This document shows positions 18,892-30,400 of a stretch of 64,000 nt of DNA, piece after piece; position 1 is the stretch's first letter, and each line of letters opens with the position of its first letter. Below the pieces are notes generated by a model. That model did not search any database. It worked only from the letters and a program-made list of their open reading frames with translations, and was not told the DNA's origin. Source of the DNA: an uncultured Candidatus Poseidoniales archaeon. Lineage in GTDB: Archaea > Thermoplasmatota > Poseidoniia > Poseidoniales > Thalassarchaeaceae. The position numbers and the translations under genes are program-made. The stretch is taken from positions 721 to 64,720 of the forward strand of contig CACAAP010000003.1 of NCBI GenBank assembly GCA_902530535.1, in the 5' to 3' direction.

Positions 18892-20226
18892 CTAAATCAC
18901 CGCAGAATAAAGGGCACAGATAATTAGGCTAAAGAAAACTACACTAGCAATGCTCGCACTCATTATATCATAATCCCTATCATCTATTTTTGGTATAACT
19001 AACTCGTCCATCCCAATTAACTTCTTCGACACTGTATCTCCCTCTCTCATGAGATTAGTCATTATCCGTTCCTCCCAGCCAATGAAAATCGCTACCACCA
19101 TGGCCAGAGCTGCCGATGAGATCATCTCCGGAACTGGAAGAAATGATTGTAGGAGTTCAATAACGCTGGAGGATACAATCAACAACATCAAGATTACCAT
19201 TATTCTTGTTAGCCATCGATTTTCCGATGCATCGGAGTTAATAATGTCGAAATTTAGTAGTATGTACATAAAAATAAGAGGTGTGAACAAGTAGATCAGA
19301 GTCTCAGATGTGAAATCGTACCATATCTCAAACGCCGCAGGAAAACTTTCACATTCAGTTTCCACACAACTCCTGACTATGTCCATAATCGCGTAGTCTA
19401 CAATTCCGGCAGTGAATCCAACAATTCCGACAAGGTACACGATTATTGAGAATCCACTAATCCCGGTATGATAGGTCCTCCAACTTTCGAAAAACAGCAA
19501 TATCAGTATCGTGCTCGCACCCATGGAAAGTACCAAATTTGTACCCAGCCATCCAAATGTAGATGGTTCCCAGAGACTCCATTCAACCGCAAATCTAGCG
19601 AGAAAGTCGTTGTTTATCGAAATAACCTGTGCCAACCAGTACGTCATTTGTTCCCCTAACATCGCGATTAGTAGTAATCCCGCAACCAAAGACATCCTCC
19701 TGTGAGAATTTTCCCCAGTTTCAATCTCCATCAAAAGGAAGCGGATGTAGACCAGAACGAGAATCATCATTCCAGGAATCATCAAAAACCACTCTCCATC
19801 ACTGTGCCTGTAATTTGTGAGTATGGATATAGTACTAAGGACGATTGATAGTACACATATCATAGCAGTTACTACCTTAATATTCCATTTTCTTTGGAGA
19901 ATTGGGTACGGGTAAATGAATGGAAGGAAAACCAGCAAGAGAATAGATATGGTCTTGCAAGTCCTTTGGGCGAATCTGAAGAATGAATCCTGTAAATTAT
20001 TGCTAGAATCAATTATCCACAATCCTTCATTAGCGACGATTGCTTCCATAACAGACGTGAAAGTGTATTCTAGCCCTTTCAAAACCAGAATCCATCCAAT
20101 TAGCAAACCCGCAAATTTCTCCACCCATTCCTTTTCGCCAGATCTTCTGACGAGAGCTATGGTAACAAAACCGAGAATCAAATCAACTATCGCGGCAACA
20201 GGGACAAGTGACTGACCCTCTGCCAT
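18892..20226 (-). CDS. hypothetical polytopic membrane protein (444 aa, about 10-12 TM), low-GC
   Basis: Very hydrophobic, about 35-38% GC, ends 8 nt upstream of the previous gene. No family recognised by eye. Confidence 0.5.
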   Translation of the reverse strand: MAEGQSLVPVAAIVDLILGFVTIALVRRSGEKEWVEKFAGLLIGWILVLKGLEYTFTSVMEAIVANEGLWIIDSSNNLQDSFFRFAQRTCKTISILLLVFLPFIYPYPILQRKWNIKVVTAMICVLSIVLSTISILTNYRHSDGEWFLMIPGMMILVLVYIRFLLMEIETGENSHRRMSLVAGLLLIAMLGEQMTYWLAQVISINNDFLARFAVEWSLWEPSTFGWLGTNLVLSMGASTILILLFFESWRTYHTGISGFSIIVYLVGIVGFTAGIVDYAIMDIVRSCVETECESFPAAFEIWYDFTSETLIYLFTPLIFMYILLNFDIINSDASENRWLTRIMVILMLLIVSSSVIELLQSFLPVPEMISSAALAMVVAIFIGWEERIMTNLMREGDTVSKKLIGMDELVIPKIDDRDYDIMSASIASVVFFSLIICALYSAVI

Positions 20227-20367
20227 ATTCTTTCTGGAACACCATTTTTTTTCAAGTCTATGTCGATGATTCTGGGAAATTGCGCCTTTCCAGGTATGCT
20301 AAGAACTCCGAGAAATCACCGGTATTTGCCCAGTATGCAATACAATTTCAAATATCTTACAATTTTT

Positions 20368-20443
20368 TGGTAGTCCCGCCCGGATTCGAACCAGGGTCCC
20401 CGGGACCAAAACCCGAGATGATGGACCACTACACTACGGGACT
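20368..20443 (-). tRNA. tRNA-Gln (anticodon UUG), genomically encoded CCA
   Basis: Minus-strand sequence AGUCCCGUAGUGUAGUGGUCCAUCAUCUCGGGUUUUGGUCCCGGGGACCCUGGUUCGAAUCCGGGCGGGACUACCA. Acceptor AGUCCCG/CGGGACU, anticodon stem UCGGG/CCCGG, loop UUUUGGU (anticodon UUG), T loop UUCGAAU. Resembles archaeal tRNA-Gln. Confidence 0.85.
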
Positions 20444-20529
20444 CCGTTACCCCCCTCGCACACCCACTCTTTGTATTTGACGGGACGGTTATCCGTCAAT
20501 ATCAAGCCATATTCTTCCTGCCGTGAACT

Positions 20530-23500
20530 GTGCGAGGCAGACTTGTACTGTTATCGATGGTTTTGCTACTGGCCTCTTCATTGTCTTCTTTGGCCTATGG
20601 GGCAACTCCAGACAACAATAACGATATCTCAGAAATCTCAGAAAACGAGCATAAAGTTCAGGGAACCCATAATCCATGGATAGAACAGTCACTTTTCGAT
20701 AGGTTCGAAACCGGACAGAAGAATATCCGTGTCACTGCCATCACTAGTTCTCTTGGGCACTTGGACACGTGGCAGAGGCAGATCGGAGCTATAGACAGGC
20801 AAGCTCCAGCCAGCCCGGGGGAAAGACTCTCTCATCATGAAACGACCTCCACTGGAACGGATCACCGGACCTTTTGGGTCAACTCCTCTTTTTTGCCAAA
20901 GCTAATCCAGGTTTCAGGAATCGTGGCTTTGCTGGATGCAGAGAATTCTCCAGAGCCCTATGGAATCTTACCCATCGAGCCGAGTCCCAATACTGTAAGA
21001 TCCGGAGAGATACACGGTGCGAATGATGCTTGGGAGATGGGATTCTCAGGCGAGGGGCTAATAGTCGCAGTTGCAGATACGGGGGTCGACTTCGCCCATC
21101 CCGATCTGAATGGGACCCAGGCCAGAGTTGGATTCCAGAACTCTTCATACTACGGCTGGCCTCTGATGTTCGATCACAACAGCATGTATACTTGGATGGT
21201 AGATGGAAAGGCCTACCCTGAGTCAAATACGTGGTATGCCGATACATCCATCGTAGATTTCGATAATGACTCGGACGGGATACTCGACGAATCGGGTTTG
21301 AACATCACAGGAGTGAACGAATCCCTATCAGGAGAGTATCACCTTGGGGAGCATCCTGACTGGCGCCTGCGTGACAGGGCCGGTGGCGACGTCCCGATTC
21401 TGGTCGTTGATGATCGATTATCAGGGGTATACGAGACCGTTTGGCCCGACACGGATAGAGACGGTTGGTTCGGCAACGAGACTCCCATGCGACCGGGAGA
21501 GGAGACATCTGGTAGGGATACGGATGGCGATGGTCTCTGGGACGTCTCCGCCGGACTCGTATACTGGGTATCCGATGGAGTAAACGGAGTCCCGTACGGA
21601 GGGACCTACTCTGCTAGACACGGGTACTCAGACAGGATCGCAGGACCCGGAAACCTGACTCTTTTCATGCTAGAGTCAGGAACACATGGGACCCTTTGTG
21701 CCAGTGCCATCTCCGCCCAGGGCGTCGTTGATGATGGCAGAGTACTAGGAATGGCACCAAATGCTACGATTTCCTCAATTGGAAACCACTACTCAGGAGG
21801 GCACTCATTGGATGCATGGAGATTCATTGCCGAGGGTTATGACGGAGATCCAAGCACACCAGATCAACCGAACATAGGGTCTTTCTCTTTCGGGTACTCT
21901 TCTGTCGACGACTCTGGGGCCGATGGATATTCCCTATACCTAGATTGGATAACCAGAGTTTACAACTCAAATGCATCGTACGCCGTAGCGATCGGAAACG
22001 GGGGTCACGGCTTCGGGACAACAAAGGTGCCAGGCGCTGCCCACGGGGTATTCTCAGTGGGTGCGTTCAGTAGCCGCTCCTCTGACTCATGGGGGCAGAG
22101 CGCACCATGGTCGAACAGAGGTCCAAACGCCGTTGGAAGGATGGATCCCGACATCGTAGCAGTCGGTTGGTCGGCAACTGGAGATATGCCACTCAACAAC
22201 TACGACAATGCAAACCAGGCATGGACGACATGGGGAGGGACCAGCCTGGCCACACCTGTAGTGGCTGGACTCCTCGCTCTGGTGGAGGAGGCTTGGCTGG
22301 AGAATAGGGGCTACCATCCTAAATCTCAGGAGCTCCGTGACTTCGTCCTATCAACCTCAGATGACAGAGGGTACGAGTCCTTTGTTCAGGGAGGCGGATG
22401 GATGAACGCCTCTCGTGCGGTCAAGACCCTAGCCGCAGAGAACGGAACGTGGTCTGCATCCCCTGCACAATGGAACACAGGTTGGTTCCATGGCAAGCAT
22501 AGAGACGCAAATCTGAATTCCATATCACCAGGAGAATCACAGACATTCGATGTCAAATTCGAAAACCCCGGGTCATCAGAACTCCAACTCAATCTGACAC
22601 CTGTCTCCTTCCAGCCCCTTGCTCACGAGGTCCTAGTCTGGAACAGCACAGGAAACGGATCAGGAGGCGGGGAGAACGACTCATGGGACGGACACCAAGG
22701 CGATAGACCGGACTTGCTCATACCCATACACATAACCAACGACTCCTCCCACAGACTTCACCCAGATACGGTGCAATTCAGAGCAAGAGCCACAATCCAG
22801 TATGACGCATTCGACGAGGATCTCGACAGGTCTTCAATGGAGCGGGTATATCTAGAGGTCTTCAGATGGAGTGATTTCGATGGCGATGGCACCTATCACA
22901 ACGACAGCGACAGCGATGGAATGGTTGACGAGTCAGAGTGGGAGGACTCAGAAGAGCTCGAGGAAGTGACCTACTGGTGGTATCATGGACCCCAAGCGGA
23001 GGTAAGAGTGGGCCTTCCTTTCGAAGATGCTCGAGATGGACTGCTACTTGGGGTCTGGAGGTACGATGCAAGTCCTTCGGGACTAGACCCAGTTCGGATA
23101 GAAATCGATTGGACCTCCTTCGGGATCTCCGATGACGAATGGATATCCACAAGCGAGAACATCGAAATCGAACCAGGCTCCAATCACACCGTACCCGTCA
23201 CTGTTTCAGTGCCACAAGACTCCACCCCAGGCCTCCATCAACACGGCATTCTCGTCCAATCACAATCAGCAGATGATCCCAATAATTCCAGAAGCTGGAC
23301 TCTGCCAATAGTAACAAACGTCCCTTGGGAGGGTCCCTTCTCCCTGCTCCCGAAACCCCTAGACGGCAACGTAACCAACCAGACCCTGTACACCGAATCC
23401 TGGATAAGTGGTGCGATGAGATGGGGCTGGAGGCCCGAGAGCGGGGACTGGAGGTTCCTCACAGTCGACTGGCCCGAGGAACTAGGCCAAGACGGGGCGA

Positions 23501-26496
23501 TCATCCTAGATGTTGATTGGGGTGACAACCCTTACACGGACATAGATGTGCTATGGCTTACTGAGACGGCTCACGGATACTACGATGACGATCCGGACTC
23601 GTATGGGCCTAGCACATTCTTCATCGAAGAACGATCGGTGAACAACCACGCAACGAGCGGACAGCACAACTGGGGGACATACACGGGTACCTCCAGAGAG
23701 ACCTTCGCAGTCCCAGCAACTTCCGGAACTCACCAAATGATCCTCCACACCGCACTGCACGGAGTAGAGACCAACGACAACCCCCTCAACATCTCAGTCG
23801 GATACATTTCAGCAGAATCCTCAGGCTTCAGCAGGACCGTTTCAGACTGGTCCGAGTCTGAAGGGAACGATACCGCCCTCGTGGTCTCTACAATGCCAAT
23901 GCCCGTGGAGTCCGTTTCTTCTCACGGTTGGGTCAGGCCCATCTACCTGGACAACCAGGTAGCATTCCAGGACGACCCAGGTGACAAGATGACAGCATCT
24001 TGGTGGTACAACTTGACCATGGAGGAGGCATCCGAGCTCACTGTCTCTATGGACTCTTATGATAGCGTGGATCTCGACCTATTCCTCTTCAGAGACGGAG
24101 ACGGAGACGGCATTTTCTCCTCAGGCGAAGAAGTCACGAGATCATGGAGCGGGACCTCTTCGGAAACGATTTCAGTAACAGATCCGGAGGACGGACTGTA
24201 CGGCGTAGCAGTCCACGGATATTCGGTGGATGGAGAAGGGACCGACTTCTGGATTGACATCGAGGTCGTCGCGGGGTCATCCTTGGACGTACCCTCATTC
24301 CACGATCTGAACGAATCAGTGATTTCCGATATCTGGCCTTCTGGTTCAGATTCCTTAGGGGGGCGAGTCCCCACCGGAGCGGTAGAGCTGAACATCAGCT
24401 ACCTAAGGCCTCCCGAGGAAGGGAACTGGACAGGCTTCATCGACCTATCCCTCGAAGGAGGTGCACTGATCCGACTCCCATATCACTACGAGTTAGTCGA
24501 ACTAGACCCAGAGATATCGTTCACAGCTCCCCTGAACCTCACTGAGACCAATACACAACTGCCAATAAAACTGCATGCAGCAGATATCGGAATAGGATTC
24601 AACATATCCGATCTGACTTGGACATGGCCGTCAAACAATACGACATTCCCAGCTGACTCGGTTTGGGGGTTATCCACAAACGGGACCCTCCACGACCTCA
24701 CCTCTATCTGGAATGGTGTCAGCAACTTATCCGACAACCTACTCCTGAGGGAGGCTTGGGTGAACTCGACACTCCCCGCTACCGAGCAATGGTTCGAATT
24801 CCACGCGATTGTCTCGGACGCATCCGGACGCACCTCCTCTTCGGACCTAGCCGTCTCCTACGATGTCACATCCCCGATGCTGGCCATTCACGGGGTTCCC
24901 TGGATAACAAACACCGAGACTCTGGACTTCCAGATACAAACCGAGCCCGGCTCGAACCTAGTGGTCGAAGGCTCCGTGGTCGAGACGAACGAGGAAGGCC
25001 TGGCAAACCTCTCCTTCGTACTGGAGGAATCGGAGATGGGCATATTCACTGGACAGTCTGGAGAACAGTCTTTCTACTACAACAGCGACCCTAACGTTTT
25101 CGAAGTCTCCTCTACGGACAATGCAGGCAACTCCGCCACGGCCTCTTTCCAGGTCGTTTACGACCCCTCACCTCCTTCAGAAGTATCCCTAATCACACTG
25201 CAGGACCAGGCATACTACAGCTACGGCCCAACCGAACTGCAACACCCGATCAACATAACAAGCGGCGAGGTGATCCTCGAAATCCCAGCCGATACGATGG
25301 AATGGTGCGTCTTCGTAATGTACTTCTCATGGGTCCAGACTTCAGATTGCACAGAAGAAACATCCCTGCCCCCAATCCTGAACGCGAGCACAGGATTCCC
25401 ACTTCCAGGCATTAACCAATATGAAGAAACCACAGAAATCTCCGTCCCACTCTCCCTAGAAGGGCTGGGACAGGGTGATGTAGCCATATCGATATCACTC
25501 GAGGACTGGGCCGGAAACACACACCATAGAAATTGGTCCCTGACTATGGACTCAATTGCCCCGGAAATATCCTGGGTACTCTCCCCATCCAGCGGAGATA
25601 CACTGGGGGACCACGTGCAGAACCTTTCGTGGTGGTCTTCGGAGGAAGTGTCCCTGAGGGTGTTCGTAAACGGAGTTGAGGTGACGACTCAGACCGGATC
25701 CTCCGGGTCCCGAGCGATGATTCTGAACTCCACAGGGAGCCAAACATTCTGCCTTCACGCCATTGACCGGACCTCTCCTCAGGAAAACAACAACTCATTC
25801 CACGAGTGCAGGGAAATGCAACTGCCTGAGTCAAACTACGACACATCGGTATCGGGAAGTAGCCAACCCTTGGTCTCACTCGATAGCATAGACATCATCC
25901 TAGACAGGCACCCGTCACAAGAAGTCCGCTGGACCAGCCTCACAACAGGATCAACGGGAGTGGTAGAACCGGGTACAGTCTACCCAGTCCTATCGCTCGA
26001 TCTGGTTGAAGGTCAGAACGAATTCCTAATCGAGATAGACTCACTAGATAGCACGGACTCCTACACAATTTCTGTAGAGCTAGACTCTACCCCTCCAGTA
26101 CTGGCATTCTCGGAGAAGACGTACCAGGGCTCCACACTGTCGAATCTCAGGGAGGTATCCGGAGAATGCGAACCCGGCCTTCTAGTTAGAATAAGCAGCG
26201 AAGTCCAATCGAGAGACTTAATCTGTCCTGAGACAGGCATCTTCCATCAGAACATCACCGTCCCCGACTCCCCAGGACAGCACATCTTGGAGGGATTCTC
26301 GATGGACCAAGCCAAGAACTCAAATCAATACCAGATTGACGTACTGAAGCAAGACTGGATAGACTGGGCCATAGACGATGCTCAGAACTCCGGGACCATG
26401 CTGTGGGTATTCTCCCTGAGTGGTATTGCGACTCTCTCCGTCATCATTGCAATAACGCTGAGAATAGCCAGAAGAAGGATGGTTCGGTCGGAGTAG
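20530..26496 (+). CDS. giant secreted subtilisin-like (S8) serine protease with about 1350-aa C-terminal beta-rich extension and C-terminal TM anchor (1988 aa; GTG start)
   Basis: Signal peptide MRGRLVLLSMVLLLASSLSSLAYG. Catalytic Asp in AVADTGVDFAHPDL (about 21070), His in ESGTHGTLCAS (about 21690), Ser in GGTSLATPVVAGLLAL (about 22240), with a large insert between Asp and His. C-terminal MLWVFSLSGIATLSVIIAITL + RIARRRMVRSE (TM plus basic tail). Confidence 0.85.
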   Translation: MRGRLVLLSMVLLLASSLSSLAYGATPDNNNDISEISENEHKVQGTHNPWIEQSLFDRFETGQKNIRVTAITSSLGHLDTWQRQIGAIDRQAPASPGERLSHHETTSTGTDHRTFWVNSSFLPKLIQVSGIVALLDAENSPEPYGILPIEPSPNTVRSGEIHGANDAWEMGFSGEGLIVAVADTGVDFAHPDLNGTQARVGFQNSSYYGWPLMFDHNSMYTWMVDGKAYPESNTWYADTSIVDFDNDSDGILDESGLNITGVNESLSGEYHLGEHPDWRLRDRAGGDVPILVVDDRLSGVYETVWPDTDRDGWFGNETPMRPGEETSGRDTDGDGLWDVSAGLVYWVSDGVNGVPYGGTYSARHGYSDRIAGPGNLTLFMLESGTHGTLCASAISAQGVVDDGRVLGMAPNATISSIGNHYSGGHSLDAWRFIAEGYDGDPSTPDQPNIGSFSFGYSSVDDSGADGYSLYLDWITRVYNSNASYAVAIGNGGHGFGTTKVPGAAHGVFSVGAFSSRSSDSWGQSAPWSNRGPNAVGRMDPDIVAVGWSATGDMPLNNYDNANQAWTTWGGTSLATPVVAGLLALVEEAWLENRGYHPKSQELRDFVLSTSDDRGYESFVQGGGWMNASRAVKTLAAENGTWSASPAQWNTGWFHGKHRDANLNSISPGESQTFDVKFENPGSSELQLNLTPVSFQPLAHEVLVWNSTGNGSGGGENDSWDGHQGDRPDLLIPIHITNDSSHRLHPDTVQFRARATIQYDAFDEDLDRSSMERVYLEVFRWSDFDGDGTYHNDSDSDGMVDESEWEDSEELEEVTYWWYHGPQAEVRVGLPFEDARDGLLLGVWRYDASPSGLDPVRIEIDWTSFGISDDEWISTSENIEIEPGSNHTVPVTVSVPQDSTPGLHQHGILVQSQSADDPNNSRSWTLPIVTNVPWEGPFSLLPKPLDGNVTNQTLYTESWISGAMRWGWRPESGDWRFLTVDWPEELGQDGAIILDVDWGDNPYTDIDVLWLTETAHGYYDDDPDSYGPSTFFIEERSVNNHATSGQHNWGTYTGTSRETFAVPATSGTHQMILHTALHGVETNDNPLNISVGYISAESSGFSRTVSDWSESEGNDTALVVSTMPMPVESVSSHGWVRPIYLDNQVAFQDDPGDKMTASWWYNLTMEEASELTVSMDSYDSVDLDLFLFRDGDGDGIFSSGEEVTRSWSGTSSETISVTDPEDGLYGVAVHGYSVDGEGTDFWIDIEVVAGSSLDVPSFHDLNESVISDIWPSGSDSLGGRVPTGAVELNISYLRPPEEGNWTGFIDLSLEGGALIRLPYHYELVELDPEISFTAPLNLTETNTQLPIKLHAADIGIGFNISDLTWTWPSNNTTFPADSVWGLSTNGTLHDLTSIWNGVSNLSDNLLLREAWVNSTLPATEQWFEFHAIVSDASGRTSSSDLAVSYDVTSPMLAIHGVPWITNTETLDFQIQTEPGSNLVVEGSVVETNEEGLANLSFVLEESEMGIFTGQSGEQSFYYNSDPNVFEVSSTDNAGNSATASFQVVYDPSPPSEVSLITLQDQAYYSYGPTELQHPINITSGEVILEIPADTMEWCVFVMYFSWVQTSDCTEETSLPPILNASTGFPLPGINQYEETTEISVPLSLEGLGQGDVAISISLEDWAGNTHHRNWSLTMDSIAPEISWVLSPSSGDTLGDHVQNLSWWSSEEVSLRVFVNGVEVTTQTGSSGSRAMILNSTGSQTFCLHAIDRTSPQENNNSFHECREMQLPESNYDTSVSGSSQPLVSLDSIDIILDRHPSQEVRWTSLTTGSTGVVEPGTVYPVLSLDLVEGQNEFLIEIDSLDSTDSYTISVELDSTPPVLAFSEKTYQGSTLSNLREVSGECEPGLLVRISSEVQSRDLICPETGIFHQNITVPDSPGQHILEGFSMDQAKNSNQYQIDVLKQDWIDWAIDDAQNSGTMLWVFSLSGIATLSVIIAITLRIARRRMVRSE

Positions 26497-26539
26497 CCGC
26501 ATCCCAAACCTCATCTCCCCGTCCATCCCGGAGTCAAAC

Positions 26540-27388
26540 ATGGCAGTTCACTCGGTAGGAGTCGTCGGCTCTGGGCAGATGGGGAACGGAATCGCTCAGG
26601 TCGCTGCTTGTAGCGGCAAGGAAGTCATGATGGTTGACATCAAAGAGGAGTTCCTCGAGAGAGCGGTGTCAACGATTTCCAACTCCCTGGATAAGCTTGC
26701 TTCCAAGGGAAGAATTACCGACGAGCAAGCCTCTTCCGCACTGTCCAGGATCAGTACATCAGTGAGCATGGACGCACTCTCTGCATGCGATCTAGTCGTC
26801 GAGGCGATACCCGAGATACCAGAACTGAAGTTCAGCACCTTCAGCCAACTGGACTCCATCTGCAAGCCAGAGGCAATCCTGGCAAGCAACACCTCGAGCA
26901 TCTCGATAAACGAGATAGCCAGCCACACAAAAAGGGCTGACCGAGTAATCGGGATGCACTTCATGAACCCAGTCCCGATCATGAAACTAGTAGAGGTCAT
27001 CAACGGCGAAGAAACCTCCGAAGAGGTCACTTCCGAAGTGATCTCAGCCTCCGAGGAGATGGGTAAGATCGCGCTTTCCTGCATGGACTCCCCCGGATTC
27101 GTCAGCAACAGGATCCTAATGCCAATGATCAACGAGGCAATCCTGACTCTGCAGGAGGGCGTAGCAGAGCCAGAGGCAATAGACGGGATAATGAAGCTGG
27201 GGATGAACCACCCAATAGGCCCACTTGCTCTTGCTGACCTGATTGGTCTGGATACGGTAATGCACATTCTGAACGTACTCGAAGAAGGCATGGAAGACGA
27301 CAAGTACGCACCCGCAGATCTACTCGTGGAGAAGGTATCCAAAGGAGAGCTAGGGAGGAAGTCCGGCACAGGATTCTACCATTACTAA
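26540..27388 (+). CDS. hbd: 3-hydroxyacyl-CoA (3-hydroxybutyryl-CoA) dehydrogenase
   Basis: VGVVGSGQMGNGIAQV NAD-binding motif. 282 aa, collinear with bacterial Hbd/FadB-type 3HCDH. Confidence 0.85.
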   Translation: MAVHSVGVVGSGQMGNGIAQVAACSGKEVMMVDIKEEFLERAVSTISNSLDKLASKGRITDEQASSALSRISTSVSMDALSACDLVVEAIPEIPELKFSTFSQLDSICKPEAILASNTSSISINEIASHTKRADRVIGMHFMNPVPIMKLVEVINGEETSEEVTSEVISASEEMGKIALSCMDSPGFVSNRILMPMINEAILTLQEGVAEPEAIDGIMKLGMNHPIGPLALADLIGLDTVMHILNVLEEGMEDDKYAPADLLVEKVSKGELGRKSGTGFYHY

Positions 27389-27406
27389 AACGATGCACTC
27401 GCACGC

Positions 27407-27430
27407 GGTGTGTTTTTTGCACCATTTTTC
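27407..27430 (+). terminator. terminator-like element after hbd: hairpin GGTGT-GTTTTTT-GCACC followed by ATTTTTC
   Basis: Sits 19 nt after the hbd stop codon. The same GGTGT-N7(T-rich)-GCACC plus T-run motif recurs after the next giant gene (31141). Confidence 0.4.
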
Positions 27431-30400
27431 ACCAACCTTCAATACACTCGGGCCTACGCCATAACCATGGGCGATACGGCAGCGACCGCTAGGGCACTGG
27501 CCACGATCTTGATTCTGAGCCTAATCTCCTCGATTGCAATCGCTGACGACGCAGGCTCGGGTTCAGACGCCGGTGGATCAGCTAGCACATCGACCTCCCT
27601 AAGCGCTACCAACTCAACCTACTCGGGAAACCTGTCCGCTACTGACACATCTGACTTCTACTCCATATCCATGCCCAATGGAACCGGAGTATCCGTTGGC
27701 CTGACCTCTCCCTCGGGGGCCGATTTCGACCTTTACCTATACGACTCGGGCAACTCGCAAATAGACTCCAGCCTCTCGACCTCTTCATACGACGAGGTCA
27801 CATCAAACGGCACCAGTATTGGCGGCACCACAGTCTACATCGAGGCTAGGAGGTGGTCGGGATCCGGGCAATACTCCCTACAGGTTTGGATATTCTCAGA
27901 ACCGCAAGCGCCTACCCAGAACGATGCGGGTACAGGAGGGGACGCTGGAGACGCCGCGACTTCTGCCACTGCTCTGAATTCGAGCAATCAGTCGGTATCA
28001 GGGTGGATCTCGGATACATTTGACACCCAGGATTGGTACAACATCTCAGTTCCATCTGGTAACGGCATCTTCGTTACCATGAGCTTCCCTAACGGATCCA
28101 CATCGGGCTCGCAACTCTCGCTCATCGAGTCAAGCGCAACCTACTACATCCAATACGACTACTCTTCCCCCTACGAGGTTTCGAGCAATGGCTCCAGCGT
28201 AGGGGGTAGCTACGTATACATCAGGGTACTTACCAACACAGACGAGGGCGACTACAACCTCACAATCACCCTGTTCTCCACTTCGGGGCAGCCTGGCTCC
28301 TCACAAGACGACGCTGGCTCAGGATTAGATGCAGGGGACTCATCTTCAACTGCCCTGCAGATAAACATGACCGGGAATCTCTCGACGTTCGAGGGATGGG
28401 TGGACAACAACTGGGACACAAGCGACTACTACTCCGTTTTCGTCCCTAACAACTGGACCACTTGGGCCTCATTGTCCTGGACGAACTCGTCGGCAGATCT
28501 GGACCTTTACCTCTATGACTCGAACCAGAACACCCTGTCTTACTCTTACTACGACAATCCCGAGACGGTATCAGCCAACTCATCTTCCGTTGGTGGAACA
28601 ACGGTTTACTACAACGTGTACGCCTACTCTGGCAATGACGTGTACTACAACCTGACAATAGGGCTGGCAAACCTCTCATCCAGCCCCGCCTACAATCAGA
28701 ACGACGCCAACTCCGGAGGAGACGCAGGAGATGACGTATCCACTGCACTCGACCTGGCTAACCAGAATGGGACATACTACGGATGGGTATCGGACACCTC
28801 CGACAACTACGACTTCTACTCCGTCCAAGTCCCCTCCAGCGTCGCCATAGAGGTAGAGCTTTCCTGGAACAACTCCGCAAACGACTTCGATCTCGGTCTG
28901 TACGATGAGGGCCAGTCACTGATAGACTCCAGCGTGTCTGACAACCCAGAATTCGTCGAGAGCGGCTCCACAGACGTAAGCAACACCACAGTCTACATCC
29001 TGGTTCAGTCCGTTTCGGGCACCTGGGGCAACGGAGGGGAGGGGGGATACACTCTGAACATCACATTCGTAAACCAGTCTGCCGTTCCCGGCCTGAACCA
29101 GAACGACGCATACACGGGAGGGGATGCGGGAGACGAGTACTCGAACGCCACCCCTCTAGTCAACGCAACGACCGGTTTCTCCGTATGGCCCGGGTACGTG
29201 GACAGCGGTTCAGACGACTACGACTACTACCAAGTCTACGTCCCCGTAGACCACGGAATTTCCCTCGAGCTATCTCCTGGGGCCGGTCAGTCGGACTGGC
29301 TGACACTCGCCCTCTATGACAGTTCCAACAGCCAGATAGACTCCTCCCTGTCCTCTAACCCCCAGGTCGTTTCCACAAATGCTTCCGGGACCTTCACGGG
29401 AGGGGAGAACCTCGTCATAGAGGTGTGGGCATACAGCGGGGGGGACAACTACAACCTGTCAATGTGGATATTCACCCTGGATGCGGATGGAGACGGTTAC
29501 TATGACCAAGTGGAGTACTCGTGCGGTTCCGATCCAAATGACAACTCCAGCACCCCCTCGGACGTAGACAACGACGGGATATGCGACCCGCTCGACGAGG
29601 ACATCGATGGTGACGGGGTGGACAACGCGAACGACACATTCCCGGAGGACGCGAACGAGACTACCGACAGCGATGGCGATGGAATCGGCGACAACGCGGA
29701 TACGGACGATGACAACGATGGGTGGTCAGACTCCGACGAGTACACGTGCGGTTCGGATTCGAACGACGCAGACTCATACCCCGATGACTTCGACGCAGAC
29801 TGGATTTGCGATGTTCTCGACGGGGACATTGATGGAGACGGGTACGATAACCAGTTCGACAGCTTCGACTTCGACCCCAACGAGTGGAACGACACCGACT
29901 CAGACGGAATAGGGGACAACTCAGACGGAGACGATGACGGTGACGGATTCAACGACGGAGTAGAGGAAGACTGTCTTTCCGACCCATTGGATCCCTCCTC
30001 GACACCGGAGGACACCGACTCAGACGGAGTATGCGACGAGCTAGACGATGACGTGGACGGGGACGGGATAGGCAACGACCTCGATGACTTCCCATTCGAC
30101 GATTCCGAGAGCACCGACACCGATGGGGACGGGATAGGCGACTCGTCCGACCCAGATGACGACAATGACGGATACCAGGACGACTTCGACGCCTTCCCAC
30201 TGGACTCAAGCGAGTGGAACGACAACGACGGCGACGGCCGGGGCGACAACGCGGACCTAGACGACGACAACGACGGATGGGACGATGCGGACGAGGAGTC
30301 CTGCGGTACCAACCCCTCTCTGGTGCAATCTGCCCCACAAGACTGGGACGGTGACAGGCTCTGTGACGTAAACGACCCCGACGACGACAATGACGCATGG

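Noticed and set aside
26596-27369. 257-aa minus-strand ORF antisense to hbd, and similar long antisense ORFs (14454-15038, 16762-17220, 49294-49818, 2702-3145, 3071-3676)
   Set aside because: Each is fully contained within a well-supported sense gene with strong family signatures. They are typical spurious antisense ORFs in GC-rich DNA.
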